DNA from: Leucoraja erinacea
Lineage: Eukaryota
Assembly: GCF_028641065.1 (NCBI RefSeq)
Contig: NW_026576641.1
Coordinates: 186,001 to 250,000 of the forward strand
Direction of reading: 5' to 3'
Length of the DNA stretch: 64,000 bases
Both the position numbers and the translations under genes were made by a program. Of this stretch, positions 52,474-63,804 are shown piece after piece. The notes below the pieces were generated by a model, which was given only the letters and a program-made list of their open reading frames with translations, did not search any database and was not told the origin of the DNA. How positions within the stretch are numbered: position 1 is the stretch's first letter; every line of letters starts with the position of its first letter.

Positions 52474-55400
52474 GTATGGCTCTCGTGGTCGTGAGGCAGA
52501 GCGGCCTTGTGTCTCTCCTCTCTACCGGACAATGCTCTGACCAGCTGCATAGTTCTAGTTGGCGGGACCCCACCTAACGTCTCACCCCCGTCGGATTGAG
52601 ACTGCGCCGGGAGTCGTGAACAGTCTCTGAGAACGTTGTTACGACGCCAATGCGCGGGTTGATACAAGTGGCAGTACAATAGAGAATAGAATAGAATAGA
52701 GAATAGGCAATAGGTGCAGGAGGAGGCCTTTCGGCCCTTCGAGCCAGCACCGCCATTCAATGTGATCATGGCTGATCATCCGTGAGACAGGGCTGAATCC
52801 TAGTTTGGAATCCTAGTAATACATGATTGAATGGCAGAGTAGATTTGATGGGCCGAATAACCTAATTCACGTACGACCTTATGACCTGATGTAAAACAAA
52901 ATATGAGAATCTCTGCTCCTGCTATCTCTGACTCGCTGTGCTTTCCACTAAATGTGTGTCACTCTGCGTTTATCTACAGGCCTCGCTCGGACAGACGACA
53001 CCCTATACATCTCCCCCATCTCCATGACCCGCCGTGAGAATGAAACGGTGACGCTGGACTGCTTCACGTCCAGGAATCTAGATGATCACTTCTTCATCTG
53101 GGGGTCGGCGAAACCCACCGACCAACTCATCTCCTGGATCCTGTACTGGACCCCGGGCTCAGCGGGGTCTCTGTACTCGGTGCCCGGCACGGACAGGTTC
53201 AGCGGGTCCAAGGACTGGGCCAGCAAGCGGTTCTCACTCACCATTAAGGACCTGCAGCGAGAGGACTCGGCCAGGTACTACTGTGGCAGCTCCAACACCT
53301 ACTTCCCCTACAGTACCGACTGGAGCGGATGTGGAGTTACCCTCACCGTCAACTCTGGTAGGTTGAGTCCTCCACCCGAGGTTGCCGCCGCCGTGCAGTT
53401 TCCAGGGAATGTGTGTTGGATAGACCTGGTCATAGAGTGATACAGTGTGGAATCAGTTCCTTCGGCACCAACATGCCCACACCGGCCAACATGTCCCAGC
53501 TAGACTAGTTCCACCTGCCAAGGTTTGGTCCAAATCACAGGTCCTATCCATATACCTGTCTAACTGTTTCTTAAATGTTAGACAATAGACAATAGGTGCA
53601 GGAGTAGAGGCCATTTGGCCCTTCGAGCCAGCACCGCCATTCAATGTGATCATGGCTGATCATCCCCAATCAGTACGCCGTTCCTGCCTTCTCCCTATAT
53701 CCCCTGACTCCGCTATTTTTACGAGACCTATAAGGCTCTCTCTTGAAAGCATCCAGAGAACCGGCCTCCGCCGCCCTCTGAGGCAGAAAATTCCACAGAC
53801 TATCCACTCTCTGTGAGAAAAAGTGTTTCATCGTCTCCGTTCTAAATGGCTTACTCCTTATTCTTAAACTGTGGCCCCTGGTTCTGGACTCCCCCAACAG
53901 CGGGAACATGTTTCCTGCCTCTAGCATGTCCAAGCCCTTAACAATCTTAACAATGTCGGGATAGTCCCTGCCTCAACTCCATCCTCTTGCAACTTGTTCC
54001 ATACACCCACCACCCGTTGTGTGAAAAAGTTATCCCTCATCCTCTTGCGCTCCAAGCAATAGAGTCCCAGCCTACTCAAGCTCTCCCTATAGCTCAGACC
54101 CTCCAGCCCAGGCAACATCCTCGCAAATATTTTCTGTACCCTTTCCAGCTTGACAACATATTTCCTAAAGCATGGCGCCCAGAACTGAATACAATACTCT
54201 AATGGCCTAGTGTGAAGGTGAACGCTGGCCAGCGCGGGCAGGATGGGCCGAGGGACCTGTTTCCACCCTGTATCTCTAAAACAAAAAACACAAACTATAA
54301 CAGCGGATAGACACCAAAAGCTGGAGTAACTCAGTAGCTGGGTCAGACTCTGGATAAAAGGAATAGGTGAGGTTTCGGAACAAGAGTCGAGTCAAAAGAG
54401 TGTTTTATTGTCATGTCCTAGATAGAACAATGAAAATGTTTCCGGTTTTCACGACCTAATTCACGAGCTCTGCCGAGTTTGCCCTTGACATACTCGCAGC
54501 ATGGTCGTCACGAGGTCGTAGGAGGTCGTGGGTAGGTCGTGATGCTGGTCGTGGGTACTCGTGGCGTCAAGTAACCTGAAGAAAAATATCCACGAGTAAA
54601 AAAGGTCGTGATTTAGGTCGTGAAAGTGGGGCAGGCCCTTAACAGACTCACGACCAAAAACGTCACCGATTCCTTCTCTCCAGAGATGCTGTCTGAGTTA
54701 CTCCAGCCTTTTGTGTCTATCTTCGGGAAATACACCAATCGTCTACTTCGGTCTTCTTTGGGACATGATCCTGAACATTCTTCAAGACAAGTCAACTTTA
54801 TTTGTGACATACGCATACAAGATGTGCAGTGAAATGAAAGTGGCAATGGTGCAGATTGTGCAAAGGCTACAGGACAACAGAACAGAATCAGTATTTACAT
54901 TTAACAAAAAGGCACAACAGTATTTACACACTGGAAGGATCAGCAGAGAGACTCTGAATGTCCTCAGCTGCCTGAGGTGGTAAAGGCGTTGCCTTGCCTT
55001 ACTCACCAGTGCGGCAGCGTGGACAAATTCTGGAACAGCTGCGGCATATTTATCTAGGTCAGCCGCAGTCTATCTTTGGTTCAAGCGAGGGTCTGCAGTT
55101 CCTTCCAACACAACTATAACTTGGTACTTTCATTCCAGCCCCACCCCAGTCGCCTCCGCTGGTTCACTTCCACCACCCAAGCCCCGAGGACGTTCTTCAG
55201 CAGCGGGAGATTGCCTTGCTGTGCGTGGCCGAGGACTTTTACCCCGAGGCCATCTCCATTACCTGGTCGGTGGACGGGCAGGTGGTGAGCGCGGGTGTCT
55301 CTCATTCAGAGTCCCTGTTGGGGCCGAACTCCACCTACACCAAGATCAGCAAGTTGTCCACCGGCACATCTCACTGGATCAAGGGCTCCGTCTACAGTTG

Positions 55401-58400
55401 CCACGTGGCCCATGAGACTCTCGACTCGCCCATCTCCAAACACGTCAGCAATGCCGGTAAGCTCATGTTCATAACGCCTAGGAGCAGAATTAGGCCATTC
55501 GGCCCATCAAGTCCGCTCCGCCATTCAATCATGGCTTATCGATCTCTCCCTCTCAACCCCCATTCTCCTTCCTTCTCCCCACAACCCCCTGAACCCGCAC
55601 TATTCAAGAATTTATCCATCTCAATAGACAATGGACAATAGGTGCAGGAGTAGGCCATTCGGCCCATCGAGCCAGCACCGCCATTCAATGTGATCATGGC
55701 TGATCATCCCCAATCAGTACCCCGTTCCTGCCTTCTCCCCATATCCCCTGACTGCACTACCTTTAAGAGCCCTATATAGCTCTCTCTCTTGAAAGTATCC
55801 AGAGAACCGGCCTCCACCGCCCTCTGAGGCAGGGAATTCCACAGACTCACAACTCTGTGCCTTATAAATATCCATTGAAGGCCTCCACAGCTGTGGCAAT
55901 GAATTCCACAGGTTCACCGCCCTCTGACTAGAGAAATTCCTCCTCATCTCCTCACCAATGGTATGCCCTTTTATTCTGAGGCTGTGGTCCCCGATCCTAG
56001 ACTCTCCCACTAGTGGAAACATCGTCTCCACATCCATTCTATCCAGGCCGTTCGCGATGCGGTAAGTTTCTATGTCTTCTCTCATCCTTCTGGACTCCAG
56101 AGAGTAGAGACCCATCGGCCCATCGGCCCATCGGCCCATCGGCACACTTGCGCCGACCAACATATCCTCAGCCACACTCGTCCCACCTGCCCGCTCTTGG
56201 CCCATAGCCCGCTAAGCCTATCCTGTCCATAGAAACATTGAAACATAGAAAATAGGTGCAGGAGGAGGCCATTCGGCCCTTCGAGCCAGCACCGCCATTC
56301 ATTATGATCATAGCTCATCATCCCCAATCGATAACCCGTGCCTGCCTTCTCCCTATATCCCTTGACTCCACTAGCCCCTAGAGCTCTATCCAACTCTCTC
56401 TTGAATCCATCCAGTGACTTGTCCTCCACTGCTCTCTGTGGCAGGGAATTCCACAAATTCACAACTCTCTGGGTGAAAACGTTTTTTTTCTCACCTCAGT
56501 CTTAAATGGTCTCCCCTTTATTCTAAGACTGTGGCCCCTGGTTCTGGACTCGCCCAACATTGCACTGCCTCAATCACAAGGATGTCCGTCCTCAAATTAG
56601 GAGACCAGAACTGTTCTCCAGATGTGGTCTCACCAGAGCCCTATACAACTGCAGAAGAACCTCTTTACTCCATGTACCAGTAAATGCTTCTCAAACGCTA
56701 CCTACAGCACCCTCTATGTAATCCAATATGGTTGTGTTTCTACAGGGCAGTACCCTAAGGTGCCCGCGGTCTACGTGTTGCCAGCGGGCCGCGGGGAAAT
56801 GGATGTAAAGGAGACCACTATCTCTTGCCTGGCGGCCGGGTATTACCCCGGTGAAATCTCCTTCCGCTGGTCTGTCAACGGAGATCCGGTGGTGAATGGA
56901 GCCAAAAGTTTCGAGCCCATTCGGAACGACAACGGCACCTACAGCGCCCGGAGCGACTTGGTGACATCCACGGACATGTGGAACCTGGGATCCGTCTACA
57001 CCTGCAAGGTCCAACATGTCTCGGTGCCAGACGGGCTGGTCAGAAGCGTTAATAAGACACGGGGTAGGAAGCCTCGTCGTTTCTCCCGTCCCGCGCATTC
57101 CCGTTGTTCGCGCCGTGAAAATATGNNNNNNNNNNNNNNNNNNNNNNNNNNNNNNNNNNNNNNNNNNNNNNNNNNNNNNNNNNNNNNNNNNNNNNNNNNN
57201 NNNNNNNNNNNNNNNNNNNNNNNNNNNNNNNNNNNNNNNNNNNNNNNNNNNNNNNNNNNNNNNNNNNNNNNNNNNNNNNNNNNNNNNNNNNNNNNNNNNN
57301 NNNNNNNNNNNNNNNNNNNNNNNNNNNNNNNNNNNNNNNNNNNNNNNNNNNNNNNNNNNNNNNNNNNNNNNNNNNNNNNNNNNNNNNNNNNNNNNNNNNN
57401 NNNNNNNNNNNNNNNNNNNNNNNNNNNNNNNNNNNNNNNNNNNNNNNNNNNNNNNNNNNNNNNNNNNNNNNNNNNNNNNNNNNNNNNNNNNNNNNNNNNN
57501 NNNNNNNNNNNNNNNNNNNNNNNNNNNNNNNNNNNNNNNNNNNNNNNNNNNNNNNNNNNNNNNNNNNNNNNNNNNNNNNNNNNNNNNNNNNNNNNNNNNN
57601 NNNNNNNNNNNNNNNNNNNNNNNNNNNNNNNNNNNNNNNNNNNNNNNNNNNNNNNNNNNNNNNNNNNNNNNNNNNNNNNNNNNNNNNNNNNNNNNNNNNN
57701 NNNNNNNNNNNNNNNNNNNNNNNNNNNNNNNNNNNNNNNNNNNNNNNNNNNNNNNNNNNNNNNNNNNNNNNNNNNNNNNNNNNNNNNNNNNNNNNNNNNN
57801 NNNNNNNNNNNNNNNNNNNNNNNNNNNNNNNNNNNNNNNNNNNNNNNNNNNNNNNNNNNNNNNNNNNNNNNNNNNNNNNNNNNNNNNNNNNNNNNNNNNN
57901 NNNNNNNNNNNNNNNNNNNNNNNNNNNNNNNNNNNNNNNNNNNNNNNNNNNNNNNNNNNNNNNNNNNNNNNNNNNNNNNNNNNNNNNNNNNNNNNNNNNN
58001 NNNNNNNNNNNNNNNNTCCCAAACAATAACATCCTTACTTGCAACAGCTGTAAGCATCGTGGCAAATACAACATGTTCAGTACATATACATCTGTAAACA
58101 CACCTATACATATCATTATTTTGCACTGTTATCATCTCATCCTTCTAAACTCCAGAGGGTACAAGCCCAGCCGCTCCATTCTCTCAGCATATGACAGTCC
58201 CGCCATCCCGGGAATTAACCTGGTAAACCTCAATAGCAAGAACTCCCTCAATAGCAAGAATGTCCTTCCTCACATCAGGGGACCAAAACTACACATGATA
58301 AAACACTCTTCGTGTCTCTAACCTCCAATGGTTTGATGTGCTTTATTTCCTGTCTCCTGCCAGTCCTGGTCTTCCGCCAGCCGACCATCACCCCAATCAG

Positions 58401-58686
58401 ACTTCCGTCTGACAACTCGGTGCAAGCGCAGACGGTGACCCTCGCTTGCTACATATCAGGATTCTACCCGCCCGACATCTACGTGACGTGGAAAACCGAG
58501 AGGGGGGTGCAGGAGCTGGGCTGGGTGACCAACTTCCCGGTGGTGGCGGACGCCAGCGGGTCCTACAGTACCGCCAGCCAGATGACCATCCCCTTGTCCG
58601 ATGTGGACCGCTCGCTCACCTACGTCTGCATGGTGGCCCACGACTCCATCTCCTTTCCCATCGAGGAGTGGTTTCAGATCAGGTAA
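52437..58686 (+). CDS. UrIg: Non-rearranging secreted immunoglobulin-like gene, leader-VJ-C1-C1-C1, about 457 aa; UrIg-like. Exons 52437-52473, 52980-53357, 55139-55456, 56746-57063, 58364-58686
   Basis: Five exons with canonical GT-AG sites, all joined by phase-1 introns as in Ig/TCR genes; total 1374 nt, open frame, ends in TAA. The V exon includes the G strand (J-like SGCGVTLTV). No TM exon is visible. The symbol is assigned from architecture only, not by alignment. Confidence 0.8.
52980..53357 (+). CDS. V-set Ig domain exon with germline-contiguous J-like segment (VJ exon)
   Basis: Acceptor TCTACAG|G and donor G|GTAGGT. Motifs VTLDC, FIW, DRFSGSKD, FSLTIKDLQREDSARYYC, then a CDR3-like GSSNTYFPYSTDW and SGCGVTLTVNS in one uninterrupted exon. 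Confidence 0.92.
55139..55456 (+). CDS. Ig C1-set domain exon 1
   Basis: Acceptor TTCCAG|CC and donor G|GTAAGC; motifs PSPEDV, LLCVAEDFYPEAISITW, NSTYTKISKL, W..GSVYSCHVAHETL. Confidence 0.92.
56746..57063 (+). CDS. Ig C1-set domain exon 2
   Basis: Acceptor TCTACAG|GG and donor G|GTAGGA; motifs PAVYVLP, ISCLAAGYYPGEISFRW, NGTYSARSDL, WNLGSVYTCKVQH. Confidence 0.92.
57126..58016. other. Assembly gap inside the Ig-like gene (between C1 exons 2 and 3)
   Basis: Run of N. Confidence 0.99.
58364..58686 (+). CDS. Ig C1-set domain exon 3 (last coding domain)
   Basis: Acceptor CTGCCAG|TC; motifs TLACYISGFYPPDIYVTW, GSYSTASQMTI, YVCMVAHDS; in-frame TAA overlaps a donor-like AG|GTAAAG. Confidence 0.9.
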
Positions 58687-58769
58687 AGATCTCAACTTTT
58701 CAAATGTTCAAGAAAGAACTGCAGATGCTGGAAAAAAAATCATCAGGGCAGCATCCCAGGTATCTGAAC

Positions 58770-59585
58770 GTTTAAGAAGGAACTGCAGATGCTGGAAAAT
58801 CGAAGGTAGACAAAAATGCAAGAGAAACTCAGCGGGTGCAGCAGCATCTATGGAGCGAAGAAAATAGGTGACGTTTCGGGTCGAGACCCTTCTTCAGACT
58901 TATGTGAGGGGGGGGGGGGGGGGGGGGGGGGGAGAAGAAAGGAAAAGGTGGGACCAGTGGGCTGAGGGAGAGCTGAGAAGGGGAGGAGAAAGCAGGGGGA
59001 CTATCTGAAATTGGAGAAGTCAATGTTCATACCGCTGGGGTGTAAACTGCCCAAGGGGAATATGAGTTGCTGCTCCTCCAATTTACGGTGAGCTCACTCT
59101 GGCCATGGAGGAGACCCAGGACAGAAAGGTCGGATTGGGAATGGGAGGGGGAGTTGAAGTGCTGAGCCACCGGGAGATCAGGCTGGTTATTGCGAACTGG
59201 GCGGGGGTGTTGGGCGAAACGATCGTCAAGCCTGCGCTTGGTCTCACCGATGTAGAGCAGCTGACATCTAGAGCAGCGGATGCAGTAGATGAGGTTGGAG
59301 GAGATGCAGGTGAAACTCTGTCGCACCTGGAACGACTGCTTGTGGTCCTTGGATGGAGTCGAGGGGGGAGGTAAAGCGACAAGTGTAGCATTTCATGCGG
59401 TTGCAAGGGAATGTGCCAGGGGACGGGGTGGTTTGGGTGGGAAGGACCGAATTGACCAGGGAGTTACGGAGGGAACGGTCTCTGCAGAAAGCAGACAGGG
59501 GAGGAGATGGGAAGATGTGGCCAGTGGTGGGATCACGTTGGAGGTGGCGAATATGACGGAGGATTATCTGATGTACGTGACGGCT
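58770..59585 (-). mobile_element. Penelope-like 3' fragment
   Basis: [22 protein letters not shown] on the minus strand. Confidence 0.82.
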
Positions 59586-60843
59586 GGGGGGGGGGGGGGG
59601 GGGGGGGGATGGTAACATGGTAATATAAGGACATAGGAAGCAATACTCCGGGGCTGGGGATGGGGGCAAGGGAGGGGGGGGGGGGGGGGGGGGGGGGGGG
59701 TGTGGATGGGCCTACCGAGCCGCCCAACCGTTCAACGCGATCAAGACTTTTTCCATCACCGGCTGAGCCCTATTGAGCGTAAATGTAACCCCTCAAATCG
59801 AATATCCATCGCAGCTATGAATATATCCACAGCCCTCTACCGTAAAGGATTCTAATGATTTGCAATCTTCTGAAAGCACAAGTTAACCATATATAACCAT
59901 ATAACAATTACAGCACGGAAACAGGCCATCTCGGCCCTTCTAGTCCGTGCCGAACACTTACTCTCACCTAGTCCCATCTACCTGCACTCAGACCATAACC
60001 CTCCATTCCTTTCACGTCCATATAACTATCCAACTTATTTCTAAATGATAAAATCGAACCTGCCTCCACCACTTCCACTGCAAGCTCATTCCACACAGCT
60101 ACCACTGTCTGAGTAAAGAAGTCCCCCTTCATGTTACCCCTAAACCTCTGTCCCTTAATTCTCAATTAATTTCCCTCTGAAGCCCTGTCAATGGTGCAAG
60201 CACAAACGTGCATTTCTTGCTCTGTATACAGTAAGGTTCAAAGCTAGCAGTATGACAACAACCCTTTACAAGGCTGTTCCATGAGGCATCACTATCACTG
60301 AAGGAAACTTTCATTTGGAATCAATTCTTTGTGATTGAGACGTCACACACAAAACCATCATTTTTGCCCAACCCTGCCTTCCCCTATAAAAATGTCGCCT
60401 TATCACCTTAATCCAGTGCTTCTTAAACTGGTGAATGGCTCTCCCAAGGGCGAATGGAATTATTTTTGGGGTGAATGGAACTAGAGGAGTGAATGACTTA
60501 ATTTATTCAGATTTTTTATTTTTTCTATACTTAACATAGCATTGCCGTTAAGGTCAAGTCAAGTCGCGAAGTCGATTTTATTTCTGTCTGAAGTCTGAAA
60601 AAGGGTTTCAACCTGAAACGTTGCCTATTTCCTTCGCTCCATAGATGCTGCCTCACCCGCTGAGTTTCTCCAGCAATTTTGTCTACCTTCGATTCTCCAG
60701 CATCTGCAGTTCCATCTTAAACATCATTTTTTTAAATTCTATAGCACATTGAAAAACAACTCTCGTTGTTCAAAGTGCTTTACATCAGTGCATGTGCTTA
60801 CGTGCCACATACAATGGTACATAGATCTAACAATACATACATA

Positions 60844-62139
60844 CAGTGGTTCTCAACCTTTTTTCAGTGATGTACCCCCTGTGAAATATTTTTTCAGCCA
60901 AGTACCCCCTAACCAGCGCAAAGCATTTTTGGTTGAAAAAAAAAACTTAAAACAGAGCACTGTGCCATCAGTGTCTGATTTATTAAACTTTGGAACTGAT
61001 AAACACATACAAAATTCAAACATTTGAAAAAAAACTTATTTCGAACATTTTAAATGTTAATAATCCATGACTAAATTTATTGCAAATATTTCTCATCACT
61101 AAAATGTAGTGATTTAAACTAATGTAGCGAAAACAGTGACCATATAACCATTTAAAACTATAAAATGAACCATTTAAAACTCCATAAATGTACAAAACAC
61201 TGCTCATTTGTTGTGGTCTCTCTTGAACTATTTGGAAATAAAAAGATATAACTAAAAAAAAAGAAATAAATAATTAACTTAATTATAAATAAAGATTTGT
61301 GCACATAAAAATAATTATCAACATAAAGTGTCCTCTTTTGGGATCATAGTAAAGATCTGTGCACAAAAAGAAATCATTAACTTAATTTTAAATAAAAGCA
61401 GATATTGCTAAAAATAAAAAATATATATATTTATCATCGGTTTGCTAGATATGAACTGTTTTGGGAGAGAAAAATGCTCACGGCAGACCAAACGTGTTAA
61501 ACAGAAATTGGTCAGATATTGAGCTTTACACAGTAAGAAATCATGTGAAATCATCACTGACTTTAATTTTAAATGAATGTACCTGTATGTTATACTGTTT
61601 AGTTTGGAGAAACAACCAGATAGTTACTGAGTTCGCACCGACCAGCGATTTTTGTTACAGATTTGACCATGTTATTTGGCGGCCAATCAAACGCAGTCTC
61701 TAAGGGGGTTGCATCCAATCACCAACCAGCTCACCTTAAAATACCCGTCCAATCAACAACTAGGTCTCCTCCCGTCCAATCAGCCGCTGTCTCCAAGGGC
61801 ATTGTGTCCAATCACATAATGCAGTTTAATGGTAATTAGCAGCTACAGTAAAGGTTGGAAGCCGCGGAGCTACTGACAGTCAAACGGGAGGGAGCAGGAG
61901 AGATTCACACAGTGTAGAATCCATAGCACCTAGTGTACAATTTCATAATATATACTAAATAACTGGGCTGACACACCTTGGCTGGGAATCTGGGGTTCAC
62001 CAAAATTGTTCCCAATTGGGCCCCGCACATCCTAAGGCCGGCCCTGTATATGTAGCCCTATATTTTAAAATCTCACGTACCCCCTGGAGTGCCTTCACGT
62101 ACCCCCAGGGGTACGCGTACCCCCATTTGAGAACCACTG
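60844..62139. mobile_element. hAT-Charlie-like non-autonomous DNA transposon
   Basis: TIRs CAGTGGTTCTCAA / TTGAGAACCACTG with GTACCCC subterminal motifs; AT-rich interior. Confidence 0.65.
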
Positions 62140-62471
62140 TTATAAATACATACATACAGCGCTCCCTCAGAGGACTTAGAGATAGGCTTGTGAGTAGAAA
62201 TAGGTTTTGAGTCTCGACTTAAAGGAGTAGATTGAGGGGGCAGTTCTGATGAGTAGAGGGAATCTGTTCCACAGTATAGGAGCTGCAACTACAAAGGCGC
62301 GACCCGTCGTCTGAAGTAACGTCACCTGTTCCTTCGCTCTATAGATGCTGCCTCACCCGCTGAGTTTATCCAGCATTTTTGTCTACCTTCATGTTTTCAA
62401 AGATCTTTCAACTAATTGGCCCGGGAAGAAAGATTAAAGGCGGAACTATTCCCAGGAATCCGTCGCCACAA

Positions 62472-62530
62472 TGTCGCAGTGGTAGAGCCGCGAACTCACA
62501 AAGCATTCGACCCGGGTTCGATCCTGAACT
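62472..62530 (+). mobile_element. tRNA-derived SINE head remnant
   Basis: A-box-like TCGCAGTGGTAGAG and B-box GGTTCGATCC. Confidence 0.45.
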
Positions 62531-63390
62531 TTAGATAGGAGATGGGGAGAAATGTCTTTAGTAATTTGGGTGGCGAGTCTGTGGAATTCATTGAAAGAGG
62601 CGGGCGCCGCAATGAATCCAGTTCTTTCACCGCAACAGACAGACGGTGATGGAGGCCAAGTCGTTGGGTGTTTTTCAGCTGGAGGTTAACATATTTTCGG
62701 TTAGTGGGGGTGTCAAGAGTGTAGGATGGAAACTGCAGATGCTGCTTTACAAGGAAGATATACATAAAATGCTGGAGTAACTCCGCGGGACAGGCACCAT
62801 CTCTGGAGAAAAAGGATAGGTGACGAAATAATTTAAGAATAAGGGGCAAGCCATTTAGAACGGAGACGAGGAAACACTTTTTCTCACAGAGAGTTGTGAG
62901 TCTGTGGAATTCTCTGCCTCAGAGGGCGGTGGAGGCCGGTTCTCTGGATACATTCAAGAGAGAGTTAGATAGGAAGAGCAGAACCCTTCTTCTGACTGAT
63001 GTGGTGGGGAGGTGGGGGGGGGGGGGGGGAAGAAGGAAGGCAGAGGTGGAGCCAGTGGGTTGAGGGAGAGTTGAGAAGGGGAGAAGACAGTAAGGACTAC
63101 CTGAAATTAGAGAAGTCAATGTTCATACCCTGGGGTGTAAACTATCCAGCGCTCCCACCCAGTCTGACCTTCAGAAATATTCTGAAAAGTGAAAATTCCC
63201 CAAAGTGAAAAACAAATAACTGGGTGAAAAGTAATGTTCGCTACAGGGAAAAATAGGTCCATACAGGAATAATGTGTGGGAAGGAACTGCAGATGCTGTT
63301 CTGTCAAAGTGCTGGAGTAACTGGGCGGGTTTAGCAGCATATCTGCAGAAAAGGAATAGCCGCGTTTCGGGTCGAAGCCGAAGAAGGGTA

Positions 63391-63580
63391 AGGGGCTGTC
63401 CCACTCTAGCGTAATTTGTGCGTAATTTACGCGGCATCATTCACGCGTCACGACGCATGGTGCATGGTGACGTAGGCAGTGACCCGCGGTCGCGCGCGGC
63501 GCCCCAGGATTTTGGGATGTACAAAATCTTCGCGTGCCATCTGCGTGACGCGTAAATGACGCCCAAGTGGGACAGGCCCT
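63391..63580. mobile_element. PIF/Harbinger-like MITE (second copy)
   Basis: GGGGCTGTCCCACT...AGTGGGACAGGCCC; interior similar to 40758-40990. Confidence 0.7.
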
Positions 63581-63667
63581 TGATTGCGAAAATTCGTAAA
63601 TCGGGCGTTCGTAAGTCAAGTTCGTCAATGTTGAGTTGGTGATCGATGGAACTCTCTTATATTTCAG

Positions 63668-63804
63668 CTGAATGTCGCCCGGTCAGAGATTCATGTTGCC
63701 CGGAATTCGCGCCGACCTGCACCTGTGCAACCGGAGTAACATTAGTGTGTGCAATTGGAAGTACCAAGGTGGCATTTCGCCACTCCTGATCTACAAACAA
63801 TAAA
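63668..63804 (+). other. Candidate terminal (stop plus 3' UTR) exon of the Ig-like gene
   Basis: Pyrimidine-rich acceptor CTCTCTTATATTTCAG|C TGA. Splicing from the phase-2 donor after 58682 gives ...FQIS*. AATAAA at 63799-63804 is followed by T-rich sequence, in non-repetitive DNA. Confidence 0.45.

Noticed and set aside
53280-53450. Possible RSS heptamers near the V exon (TACAGTA in CDR3, TACAGTG at about 53441)
   Set aside because: Both lack the invariant CAC and a correctly spaced nonamer; the second lies at the start of a repeat
60214-60250. Alternative terminal exon (TGTATACAG|T AAG GTT CAA AGC TAG)
   Set aside because: Frame-compatible with the phase-2 donor, but no canonical polyA signal follows; weaker than the 63668 candidate
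62472-62530. tRNA gene
   Set aside because: Has A and B boxes but no complete cloverleaf; better explained as a SINE head
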